From Lama glama (Eukaryota), in the NCBI GenBank assembly GCA_028534125.1, contig CM052817.1:44952001-45016000 (forward strand): DNA of 64,000 nucleotides, read 5' to 3'. Within the stretch, counting starts at the first letter, position 1, and each line of letters opens with the position of its first letter. The notes beneath the pieces are model-generated. The model ran no database searches. It had not been told where the DNA came from and saw only the letters and a program-made list of their open reading frames with translations. Below, one piece after another: positions 40,537-51,284 of the stretch. The position numbers and the translations under genes are program-made.

Positions 40537-42749
40537 GAGAGAATGGAAATTGGAAATCAAAATCAAGAACAATGTTCTCTCTGGAGAGGCAGCATAACAA
40601 AGTTGTTGAGAAAATGGACTCTAGAGCTAGAGTTACTGGGTAATATAAGTTACCATTTAAGGATTAAATAAGTTAACGTCCATAAAGCACTTCAAACAAC
40701 ACCTGGCATATAGTTAATGCTATGAAATATTTAATTAAAAATCAATTAAACTAATAAACATTTTCTCATTAATAACAGAACACTGGCAGGCATCTACCTC
40801 AACTCTCCTTTTACTTTGCTATACAGACAACATCTTAGCTGAGAACTTAGATACTAACAAAAGTTAAATTACCATCATGTATTTTTTTATTGTTTAATAC
40901 TGAACTGTTCAGTTCAATATTCCATCCATGATGTCAGACACTTCCCAGAAAGTGTTTGGAATTTTTACTCACAGTTCAATTTTCATTCTGCACAAATAGC
41001 TATGGGAGAGCCCTTCCACATCACTGTCTCTCACAAAACTTTCCCTCATCAGAAGAAAGCCTTTTTGCTGGGTGAAAGTCTTCTGGGTTCTACTAGCCTC
41101 TGACTCACTTCCCTTCCTTTTGTCTTTCCAGTTTCCCCACAGCTAAGTCCACTGACTTACCAAGCTTAGCTCTACAGCTCTACCTCAGCCTCTGGAACAG
41201 ACTGGCCTGGGATTTAACACCCCAGCAATTTCTGTCTGCCCCCTGCAACAACTCACTCACTGTTCTGATGAAGGAGTTTCTGCATTTGAGGTTTCAAGTC
41301 TTTTGTGTGACCAGTTTACAGATATGGGTTTTATCTTGGCCTCTATGCCACATTTTAGGCCAGTACCTGCCAAGTACACTAGGCTAAACCTAAGATGGAA
41401 GCCCTGCCTTTCCCTGAACTATCTCTACATTCCTGCAGCCTAGCTGACTCTGAAAAGACCTCCCTGATATTTTGCTAGGTTCCAAGTATCACCTGCATTT
41501 GATTTCCCACTGCAGGGTAATGCCTGCATTTAGAAAAGTATATCATTTTACACCCTGTGTTGCCAAGCACTTGCAAAGAACACAAGGAGACTGTATGTCC
41601 CTTGACTATTGCTGAACTTCTAACACATTATATTAGACAGTTATCACCTACTTCTTAGTGATGCTGTCTGCTATAAATAATCAGCCACATAATACTGAAA
41701 GCTAAGATAAGAAATCAAGTGTTGCCCCTATTTGTCTCTATTTGCCCAGTTGAAATTGTGCTTAATTATATCAACGTTATCAGTTCAAAGGCTAACACTT
41801 TTTTGCCATTGCTTTTCATGTGACATTCTCTTAGAGCTATACCCATCTTAAATCAACCTCTCTGTTTCCATTCTGTTCTCCCAAGGTCTGTCTCTGTTTT
41901 TGCCCCTCTTAAATTTATTTCCTCAAAAAGCATCTTTCATTTTTTTTTTGCAGTGACCTTACTATAGCTACAAATCCTTTTCTTACTCCATTCTGGATGT
42001 TATCTTTCATGCTGATGTTTTCATTCAGGGACTGACTGTACATGAAACTTGTTTACTAACATACCAGAAATTAGATATCCAAATGAACAGCGTTCTCCCT
42101 TGAAATACTTATGCTGAAAGCTATTGACTTATCCTAATAATGTTATGAACAATCAGAGCACTTCTGGAATTCCCTGAAATTTGCCAGTTCTGTATCTCTG
42201 TCCTTGTCCAAGAAGACCAAATCTATTTCTTTGTAAGTATTTGATCAAATACTGCAATGCCTGGCTAAATTACTATCCTCCAAAATTAAATTTACCTCCA
42301 AAGAATGAAAAATTGCTATTTCTGAGGAATTTTTTAGAATTACCTAGCCTTTGAAACTAATTACCAAAGTTTAAAATAAATGTTGAAAAAGCATCATAGC
42401 TAGAATAAATGAATGGCAGACTTGGTGTAACCTAACATAGGTATCTAACATTTAAGATTATTCTTTCATACATAAAGATAATTTCCTATCTTCTTACAGA
42501 GTTATTGTAGGGATAAAATGAAAAAGTATATGATATCTCTGAAACCCATAAAAAGTGAATAAATGTAAGATATTCATGTTCATGCCTTACTGCTGCAAAT
42601 TCAAATGGATTCAAAATAAGTATTAAGACTTACTCATTTTGGGGACTCTGACTTAAGGATTATGTTGACAGTTTATTTTGCAGGAGGTGCAAGGTAAGAA
42701 TCCAAGTTCTATTTTTTTTTAATTATTTCTGTTTGCAATAAAGTTCTGT

Positions 42750-43000
42750 TTCTCAAGAAATTCACGTTTTGGAAAGTGAAACCTAACTCACTCTCATTGA
42801 AAAAAGGGAGGTGAAGGGAAATTCCATAACTCGGAAGCCACAATAAATATAAATAATACCTCTGATTCTGCAACATGGGACTTCCCCAAGGAACAGACAG
42901 CAGGCTTTGCCGAGTCAACTGTAGTGTTATCCAATCAGAGTTAGAGAGGGAACGTGACTTTGCAAATAAATACTGCATCCTAGACCCACATTTTCTGAGA
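42750..43000 (+). promoter_or_regulatory. CXCL10 proximal promoter: ISRE, kB2, kB1, CCAAT, TATA-like box; TSS about 42997
   Basis: ISRE GGAAAGTGAAACCT 42771-42784, kB2 GGGAAATTCC 42816-42825, kB1 GGGACTTCCC 42877-42886, CCAAT 42931-42935 and AATAAATA 42965-42972. The order matches the established CXCL10 promoter. Confidence 0.93.
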
Positions 43001-43060
43001 CACTCCTCAACTCCTCAGACATTGGGAGCCTGCAGCAGAAGAACTTTCAGTCACGGCACC

Positions 43061-43121
43061 ATGAACCAAAGTGCTGTTCTTATTTTCTGCCTTATTCTTC
43101 TGACTCTGAATGGAACTCAAG
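43061..43121 (+). CDS. CXCL10: CXCL10 exon 1 coding part (signal peptide)
   Basis: The ATG is in a gcaccATG context and encodes MNQSAVLIFCLILLTLNGTQ plus 1 nt. The donor is G|gtaagg at 43122. Confidence 0.97.
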
Positions 43122-44593
43122 GTAAGGAACATCAAGGGATGTTTAATTTGTAAGATCAGAAATAGGACTGGGTGTAAAGTCTATAAATATGGAAATAACT
43201 TATTTGCAAAACTTCTACAATCTTCCTATAAATGAAGGGTAAATGAGCACAGATTCCTTCTAGTCAGAGTTTACAATCATAGAAAGAAGTGCAATGGAAG
43301 AGAAGGAGGAAGGTGGGAGCAGAAGAGGAAGAGGGATAGACAGAGAAAATGTGAGGGAATGAGGAAAGAGAATGAGACAGGTATTTCTTCAGTAAACTTA
43401 AGTAACTATATGACCTGGGCTCAAGGGTATAATCTTACAATCTACAAGAGGCAATTTCATTCTTTCAGAGAATCAACTAATCAGTCATACAGAGCTGTGT
43501 TAGTATGGGATCATTCCTTCTCAGATTAAGTAATTATGTGACTATATGGGGGTATAGAGTCTGCTGCGTACTAGCCAATCCACATCAAATGCCTAAAATG
43601 AAAACTGTGCTAACCTCCCCTGCTACACCTGTCTCTTTTCCTGCAGAAATGCTTCTCTCCAGAACTTCACGCTGCACCTGCATCAAGATCAGTGATCGAC
43701 CTGTTAATCCGAGGTCCTTAGAAAAACTTGAAATGATTCCTGCAAGTCAGTCTTGCCCACGTGTTGAGATTATGTGAGTAAAACTGCACCTAATGATCAC
43801 CTTCCTGGTTGTAATCATATATTAAATATGTAATGGTGATCACAGTAGATCAGTAAAGGGCTTGTGATGACTCTAAGACTTATGTATAGCAAAAGGAAAC
43901 TTCTACTGTGAAACCTAAATGTCTGACGTTAAAACTGTATATTCCATCTGTTTTATTGGTCCAACATTGTTTCAAATATTTTCCCTTTATTTACTTCTAT
44001 AGTGCCACAATGAAAAAGAATGGGGAAAAAAGATGTCTGAATCCAGAATCTAAGACCATCAAGAATTTACTGAAAGCAATTAGCAAGCAAAGGTAGGTTT
44101 GCTATTGCTTGTAGAACTGCTCTTTGAGAAATGTCAATCTTGGAAAGTTAGAAATATTTGCATTGGGCTTTCCTGTGGAATCCTTGGCTTAAAATAATAT
44201 TACCACCATGCCCTCCACTACCTCCATCTATTTTTATACTAAGGTGTCATCTTGTGTGGTATCAAAAGCTACCTTGATTACCTGTCTAGAAGTGTCAATA
44301 GGTCACTTCAACCTTGAGGTAGAGCTATAACTATCCAAGCAAAGACGCCAAATTTCCCCCAAGCCTTTCCTGGCCTTAAAAAGGCAGCCCTTGTAACCTA
44401 CATAAATTGTGCAGCAGCAGGAAAGCACACCAGATATTTCACCTCAGTACTTGGAATTATCTATGAATTCAGTGTGCTTCAAGCAGAACTCAGATTGTTT
44501 CAGAAAGAACTCAGACTGAAGTCAGAGTCTTTTACATCCTCTTTCTCTTCTTACAGGTCTAAAAGATCTCCTCAAACACAGAGAGAGGCCTAA
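43061..44593 (+). CDS. CXCL10: C-X-C motif chemokine 10 (IP-10), 4 coding exons, 104 aa: MNQSAVLIFCLILLTLNGTQEMLLSRTSRCTCIKISDRPVNPRSLEKLEMIPASQSCPRVEIIATMKKNGEKRCLNPESKTIKNLLKAISKQRSKRSPQTQREA
   Basis: Spliced by hand as join(43061-43121,43647-43773,44003-44092,44557-44593) = 315 nt. All introns are GT-AG and the frame is open to TAA. It has a C-T-C motif plus two further Cys, no ELR motif, and the hallmark CXCL10 peptides PVNPRSLEKLE, KRCLNPESK and SKRSP. Confidence 0.98.
43647..43773 (+). CDS. CXCL10: CXCL10 exon 2 (127 nt, CXC motif)
   Basis: Acceptor ctcttttcctgcag| and donor AT|gtgagt. Encodes (E)MLLSRTSRCTC...CPRVEI. Confidence 0.97.
44003..44092 (+). CDS. CXCL10: CXCL10 exon 3 (90 nt)
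   Basis: Acceptor tttacttctatag| and donor AG|gtaggt. Encodes (I)ATMKKNGEKRCLNPESKTIKNLLKAISKQ. Confidence 0.97.
44557..44593 (+). CDS. CXCL10: CXCL10 exon 4 coding part
   Basis: Acceptor ctttctcttcttacag|. Encodes (R)SKRSPQTQREA followed by TAA at 44591-44593. Confidence 0.95.
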
Positions 44594-45333
44594 TCACTGC
44601 ACTACTGATAATGAAGGACCAGAGAGAAGCTACCTCTGACAACATTTCCCTACATACAATATACATGAAGCCCTAAATGTCCATGGATTGCAGTTCTCCT
44701 AAAAGGTGACCAACCACAGTCACCAAATTAGCTGCTACCACCTCTGCAGGGCAGTGGATGGTTCATCATTAGTACTATACTATAAGCTATGCTGAGGCGC
44801 TACACTCTTAGTGAACATGCCAAGTCCTAGCCCTCACCTTTCCTATCTTCTAACGGTTATTACAGGATCCTTCCAACTCTGGGCTTATTAGAATTCTTAG
44901 AATCTCAAATAACTAAAAGGTATTCAATCAAAGCAATAATACAATACGCTTTTTAAAGAAAGATCTTTACTCTGTGGGCTTCTACTGCCATTCTTTCAAG
45001 GGGCCCACATTCTTCTGGTGGTTATACACACAATACACAGAAGCAGCTAGAAATATCTGGAAATGTGAAAACAGTATTATTTAGTGAAAGACTATACAAA
45101 GTAGAATCCTTAGGTGGATGTGTTTCTTATATTGTTTTCAGTGTTTATAGAATAACATGTAATAAAGTACTACGATGGAAGAAATTTTCAAATTTAGATA
45201 CATGTTCTGCACATTATGTAAGACAAATGTGATGGATGTTTTTAAAAACAAAAATGATGTTCTCTCCTAGAAATATTAAGAAAGATTATTTAACTGCTTA
45301 GAGACCAAAAAACTAATAAAGTAATTATAACTA
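44594..45333 (+). other. CXCL10: CXCL10 3' UTR
   Basis: AU-rich unique sequence that ends at aataaagtaattataactaa, matching my recollection of the mammalian CXCL10 mRNA end. Confidence 0.8.
45315..45320 (+). terminator. CXCL10 distal polyadenylation signal AATAAA
   Basis: AATAAA followed about 25 nt downstream by a GT-rich stretch (gtatctggtgtgtc). Confidence 0.8.
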
Positions 45334-45739
45334 AGATGAAGTATCTGGTGTGTCACTTGACTGGCATATTTACTTCATAAAAAGTTTGGATTGGAGAATC
45401 CTTAGCCTAGAGAAGAAGTAGAGGATGGGCAGAGGACAAATGAGTCTGAGAATTACCATATTCCTTCTAATTATAGTCTCTTAAAAGGGCCATCATTTGG
45501 CATAACAGAGGCTTGGCTTGAGCTTCAGATCCTGAGAATCAACTTTCTATGAGACATTTCCAACTGGATAAACATAGGAAGATCAAACTGCAAAATATCT
45601 TAATTCCTCTCTCCCCTAGATCTATATCTCCTCCTCTATTCTATACCCCAGTTTAACAGCACCATCATCCACTCAGTTCCCCAAACAGAAATCTGGGAGT
45701 AATTCTACTCTCCTTCTCCCTCATCTCCCATATCCAATT

Positions 45740-46950
45740 AATCACTAAGAAGGTATTTCCAATGCATTTAGTTAACAAATTACTAGTATCTAGAACATAT
45801 AAAGAACTCCTATGAATAAAAAAGGAAAAGGTAGACCACCAGTTGAAAAACAAGAAACAGAAACGAATAGGAATTTCAAAAAAGAAAAAAGCACAAGCCC
45901 TTAACATATGAAAAAATGCTCAACACTTCATTAGTAATCAGGGACATGTATATTCAAATCATTAAGGCATACTATTCCATACCACCAGACTAGAAAAAAT
46001 CTTTAAGTTGGGTAATACCAAGTGTCAGGAAGGTATTTAGAGCAATGAGGAATGCTCTTCCACTTCTAGTGGAAGAGAAAATACCTATGACTACTATAAA
46101 AACCAATTTAGTATATCTTACACAACTTAACATGGGCACACTCTATGCCCTAGCAATTCTACTACTATGTATACACCATAGATAAATTCTTACATATGAC
46201 ATATACAAGAGAATGTTACAGCAGCATTGTTTGTAATGATAAAACTCTGGATATAAACCCAAATGAACATAAATAGAATAGATAAGTAAATTAGGTATGT
46301 TAATTCAATGGACTATCACACAATGTGGAAATAAATGAAATACAACTCTACACATTAACACGGATGAATTTCAAAAATAATTCTGCACAAAAGAAGCATC
46401 ACAGAAAAGTATACGCAGCATGATTCCATTTACTATAAAGTTTTTAAGCAGGCAATGTAAACGCTGTGCACAGACCTTTGAACAACATGAGTTTGAACTA
46501 CGTGGGTCCACTTATAGTTCTTTCAACACATACTACATGATCCACAGTTGGCTGAATCCACAGATGTGGAACCACAGATACAGAGAGCTGACCGTAAAGT
46601 TATACATGGATTTTCAACTGTAGTGGGGACGGCTGGTGCCCCTAATCCCTGCGTTGTTCAAGGGTCAGCTGTATTTGGGAGTGAAGACATATATGATGAA
46701 AACAAAAAACAAAGGAATGATTCCCATAAAATTCAAGATGGTGGTTATTTCAGGAGGCAAAAAGGAAACACAATCAGGGAAGAGCACATAAGGAGCTTCT
46801 GGACTATGGTAAAGTTCTATTTCTTATCCAGGTAATGGGTGCATGAGAATTTGCTCTTTAATCTGTACTGAAACATTTTAATTTCTTAATAAATGCTCTA
46901 TGTTACATTAAAAAGGTGAAACAAACTAGCAAAGAAACAAAAAAAATTCC
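45740..46950 (+). mobile_element. Ancient L1 (L1MC/ME-like) 3' portion
   Basis: Degenerate ORF2 C-terminal and 3' UTR motifs. Confidence 0.7.
46471..46671 (+). mobile_element. Tigger2a/MER8-like MITE
   Basis: gacctttgaacaacatgagtttgaact...gttgttcaagggtcagctg with TIRs. Confidence 0.8.
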
Positions 46951-47039
46951 AGAATACTACCAACTGTGAGATGTGTTCATGAATATCAAGCAATTTCACA
47001 TGGCAAAATGAAAGAATAAGAGAGCTATCAATGGAGATA

Positions 47040-47270
47040 TAATGCACAGCATAATAATGCTGTATTGCATATTTGAAACTTGCTAAGAGAGTAAAACTTA
47101 GAAGTTCTCATCACAAGGAAAAAAATCTGCAACTATGTATGGTGACTGATATTAGACTTATGGTGTTCATTTCACAATATATATAAATATCAAATCATTA
47201 GGTTCCACACCTGAAACTAATATAATGCTGTATGTTAATTATACTTCAATAGGGGAACCTAAAAAAAAAT
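47040..47270 (+). mobile_element. L1MA-like 3' tip
   Basis: Same family as 27825-28165, ending in an A tract. Confidence 0.72.
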
Positions 47271-49329
47271 CTAATGCAATATCGGGGAGAGGGGAAGAGA
47301 GTGGGAGAGAGCACACACACACTCTCACATTCAGGTATATAACAAAAGAATATAGTATATGACCATTACTATGAAAGCCTTAACTGGATCACAGCAAAAG
47401 TGAGGTGGCAGAATTTCTTTCTGCCCTTTCATTTTGTTTTTCTTTCTGACCCTCTAAAGCTATACAAAAGGTCACCTATATTATTCTCAACTGACTGCCA
47501 ACTGATTTTCAAGAAAGTGTTAACATCAGAGATTTAAATTGCTCTCTGTTCAGAAGTAAGGCATTCATTTAACAAGCATTTATTTATGCCCATTACAGGC
47601 CAGGTTTTAAGTTCATAAGGTTATGAGTTTATAACTCACTATTAATGACAAAAACTAAGGTAAATAAATTTGAAGTGAAAACACTCCATGGACTGAAATA
47701 CTTCCAAATGTACAAAAAATAGAGAAAATCGGGAAGCCTTTCCTGGGAAAGTGATGGTGATCTAGAATTTGAAAGACACGTATGTATCTGATAGGTTGAA
47801 GGAGAAAAGTAAACTCTAGTAGAGGAAAGAACATGTACAAAGACATAGGCGTGAAACAGCACAGTGTGTTCAATCTGGAAAAATGTAACTTTACAGTTAG
47901 AGGTATGGATATTGTGGGAAATGATGTTGGAGACACAGATAAGTAGATTATGAAATCCTTTCTATTCTTAGTACACCATCAACATCATGATATATTTATA
48001 AGCTATATACATATCATAAAAACACACACAAAAAATATACAAGATTGCTAGACTATGCTGTAGTAACAAGGCCCCCCATATATTAAAGACCTAACACAAT
48101 GGAAGTTTATATCTTGCTCACACAAAGTTCCATGCAAGTTGGCAGGGCCTCTATGCTAACTCAGGAATATAGCTTCCTTCTATCTCAATCGAGAGTTACC
48201 ATGACAAAAAGAGAAGGATGGAAGTGGCACACTGGTTCTTAAATGCTACACTCCACATTACCTTGTCCAGAACAAGGTGTTTTGCCTTCCTTAATTGCCA
48301 TGAGGGATAGAAACTTATAAGGAAAAGTGTACTTGTCTCTTCCACAAATACAAAAAATCTTAATGAGATTTTTAAAATTGTAACATAAGCCAGAAAACAA
48401 GACTCATGAAGAAATCTAGTTCAGAAAGAGAAATCTAGGCAGATATTTAAAAAAATAAAAGTCTCTCCATTCTTAGAGTAAGTTGGTAAGAGGTGAAGAA
48501 GAATGTCTTTTCTGAGCAGAAAGCTCTCCATATTTAATGTAAATAAAATTTGATGTAAATAGTGAATAAAATGGACATGTCCACTACATTATGGTAAATC
48601 TCAGCAGGAGAACCTCTTTTTCTGGAGAAATATATGGCACACAATGAACAGTATGTTGTAACCTGATCTAAGAACACTGGCCTCCTACAAAGATGGGAAA
48701 TGGGAAAGGGAAAAATGACTGTAATTTTGCCTCTTAATTTTCTTTGTCAGACTATACGTAGTTAATTCTCTGTCCCAGATCTAGAGAACTGACTAATACT
48801 GTTCTCCCTCCATTCAGAGACTGGATGGAACTTCAACAGGGCAGTAAAAATAAAACAATACTGAACAAGTCATTAAAGCTTGTGTGGGCCTCTTTTTTCT
48901 CAAATAAAAGGGAAGTATAAATAGCAATCTTCCAGAATGTTGCTGACACAAATAACTCAATAGTCAATTAAAACACTACTTTTAGGTGACATAATTATAC
49001 ATAATTTTATTTCTTTATAACTTTATTTTCTAAGTTTTCTACAAAGAATATTTTTTACTGTCCTTAAGTAGAAGAAAAAAATTAAAGAAACTGAAACTAA
49101 TTTTCAAAGATTGAATTTTAAGTGCCAATCTTAAAAGGCTAGAATTTATGTTCTTAGTGACCTTCATGAAAACTAATCATCTCTGAAATAGATCTGAACT
49201 GAAAACAGTCTCACAGATACCAAAACGTCTTTCTCCACACTAGACTAAAAACTTAATGGCTTGTGTTAAATAAAAATTATTGATCTATTAGTGAATATAT
49301 TTCAGGTCACCAGATAATAATGTGTGGTC

Positions 49330-50130
49330 ACCCTGCTTACTCTCTTGCCTGCTACAGTTTATTCACTACACAACAGCCAGTTACTTATAAAACATAAGAT
49401 TATGGCTCTCCCCTGATTTCATCTTCCAATAGCATTCCACCACACTTCAAATGAAATCCAAAATCCATCACAGTCTGTAAGGCTCTGCATAACTCTCCCA
49501 CCTTATTCCTACCACTCTCTGCCTCCACCTTTCTACTCCAATTATACTGGCTTCCGACTGCTGCTCAAGTACAGCAAAAGTACTCCCATCACTTCCACAC
49601 TCACTCCCTCACTTCATTCCTTATCTCTGTTCAAGTATCACCTTCTCAGAGAAGGCTTTCCTCACCAATCTATTGAAAATAGCACCATTTCTATCACTCT
49701 CAGTCTAATTATTCTTTCTTATAGCTTTTATCACTATCTGTAAACACAGCTGATCTTTGAACATTTCAGCAGTTAGGCATACCAACCTCCACCAACACAG
49801 ACAAAAATCCAAGTGTAACTGTCAAGTTGGCCCTCCAGTTCCATGGTCCCCTATATCCACAGTTCCACATCAATGGATTCAACCAACCAGGGAACAGTGT
49901 AGTACTGCAGTACTTATTGAAAACAATCTGCTTATAAGTGGACTCATGCAGTTCAAATCCATGCCGTTCAAGGGTCAACTGTGTATATTTATCGGTTTAT
50001 TCTCTATCCCCACAAAGCTGTATAAAAGCTGGGACTAGACCTGTCTAACTTACATTGTATCCATAGTATTGACAGGAACATTGGGTGCACCATAATGCTC
50101 AACAAATACCTGCTGACTGAATGAGTAACT
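49330..50130 (+). mobile_element. L2 3' portion containing a Tigger2a-like MITE
   Basis: Pyrimidine-rich L2 body ending gctcaacaaatacctgctgactgaatga. Confidence 0.68.
49747..49981 (-). mobile_element. Tigger2a/MER8-like MITE
   Basis: TIRs cagctgatctttgaac and gttcaagggtcaactg. Confidence 0.8.
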
Positions 50131-51284
50131 GAATTACTGAAATTTGCCATAGCTTGAATCCTTTGGAAATCAGCATTCTCTCCAAAGACAGGCTAACTTT
50201 CCAAAGACATTAGATAACTCTTAAACTTTAGGAGAAAGTAAACTTGGAAATAAAGAGAAGCTTACTACTTTTGTTGAATCACCAGATAGGCACAAAAAGA
50301 ATGATGGCCTTCTCCCATTACAATATTCAATATGTGTATTAGCAATCTGTTTACTAGACTAGGAGAGACCCCTATGTAAGAAGGGAATTAAGGTTTTTAA
50401 GGAGGAGCTTACATGACTTTTAAAGATAAAAGTGCTTTAAAACTAAGTTTAATGTTTTAATAGCAGCAACAGCTGTTAAGAGGAGGGGAAATCCATGCTC
50501 CTCAGGGTTTCATTCTGAGAGACACTTCTTTCAAAATCAAAACTAATTTGTATTATTTTCACTTGTGATAGAAACAAGCATGTTGTTTACATATTATGCA
50601 ACATTCTCCTAGGACACTCAAATCTAATTAGAGACACAATGGCATGGCCATCTCATTTCCTTGGCTCAGATGCAAGAGAGAAATTCCTTCAGTTAACTTT
50701 AGAATGGGAAAGGAGGATAAAAGAAAAGAAGATGAAAAAAGTTTAACACCAACCTGAGCTTAAGGTAAGTTAAAAAGTCTTTGCAATGCCATCATTCCCC
50801 AAGCAGAAGACTTTAATCTTGGAATGTGTGGTTTTTAGGGTTCAACAACTTCCCAAAATTGTAATTAAAATGTATAAATGTTCACATATCCTTACCTTTT
50901 AATAGAGTCTCATAGAGTTCTATAACCTACAAAAGGTTAAAAACCATGAATCATTCACAAGCTTTGAACAGACCATATCAGTTTGCAGAACAGTCACATC
51001 AGATAATAGGGACATCAATTATGTACTTCATATCTGTGTAATCTTATATGCAAAAGACACTGGAAATTTCTGGCTAGTTTGGTGATTTACTTAAGAAACC
51101 TGAACTGACTTCACAAGCTGTGGGCCCTAAATGAGATATTAATAGTTCTTATTTCCAAGGTATTCCTAGAATTTCAAGACTATCTGGTCTATTTTACTAA
51201 CCATAATAACACTTTTTTACTTCTAGAAGCACTGAAGTACAAACTTGCTTTGTTGTTAGAAATTAAAGACCTCCTTCAAATTAC

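Noticed and set aside
1..42000. ART3 exons expected on the minus strand by synteny
   Set aside because: No ART3-like coding sequence was recognised, and non-coding exons cannot be identified by eye.
43652..43662. Possible alternative acceptor cttctctccag inside CXCL10 exon 2
   Set aside because: Using it removes 16 nt and shifts the frame, losing the CXC motif. The upstream AG gives the expected 127-nt exon.
42875..44096. ORF-track proteins 42875-43153, 43505-43777 and 43908-44096 as separate genes
   Set aside because: They are CXCL10 exons 1-3 read through promoter or intron sequence.
48404..48425. atgaagaaa resembling the CXCL9 start (MKK)
   Set aside because: It continues as MKKSSSERE, which is not hydrophobic, and there is no promoter or splice donor.
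46471..49981. Inverted pair of similar 200-bp elements about 3 kb apart, suggesting a composite transposon
   Set aside because: These are two independent Tigger2a-like MITEs, each with its own TIRs and a different host repeat.
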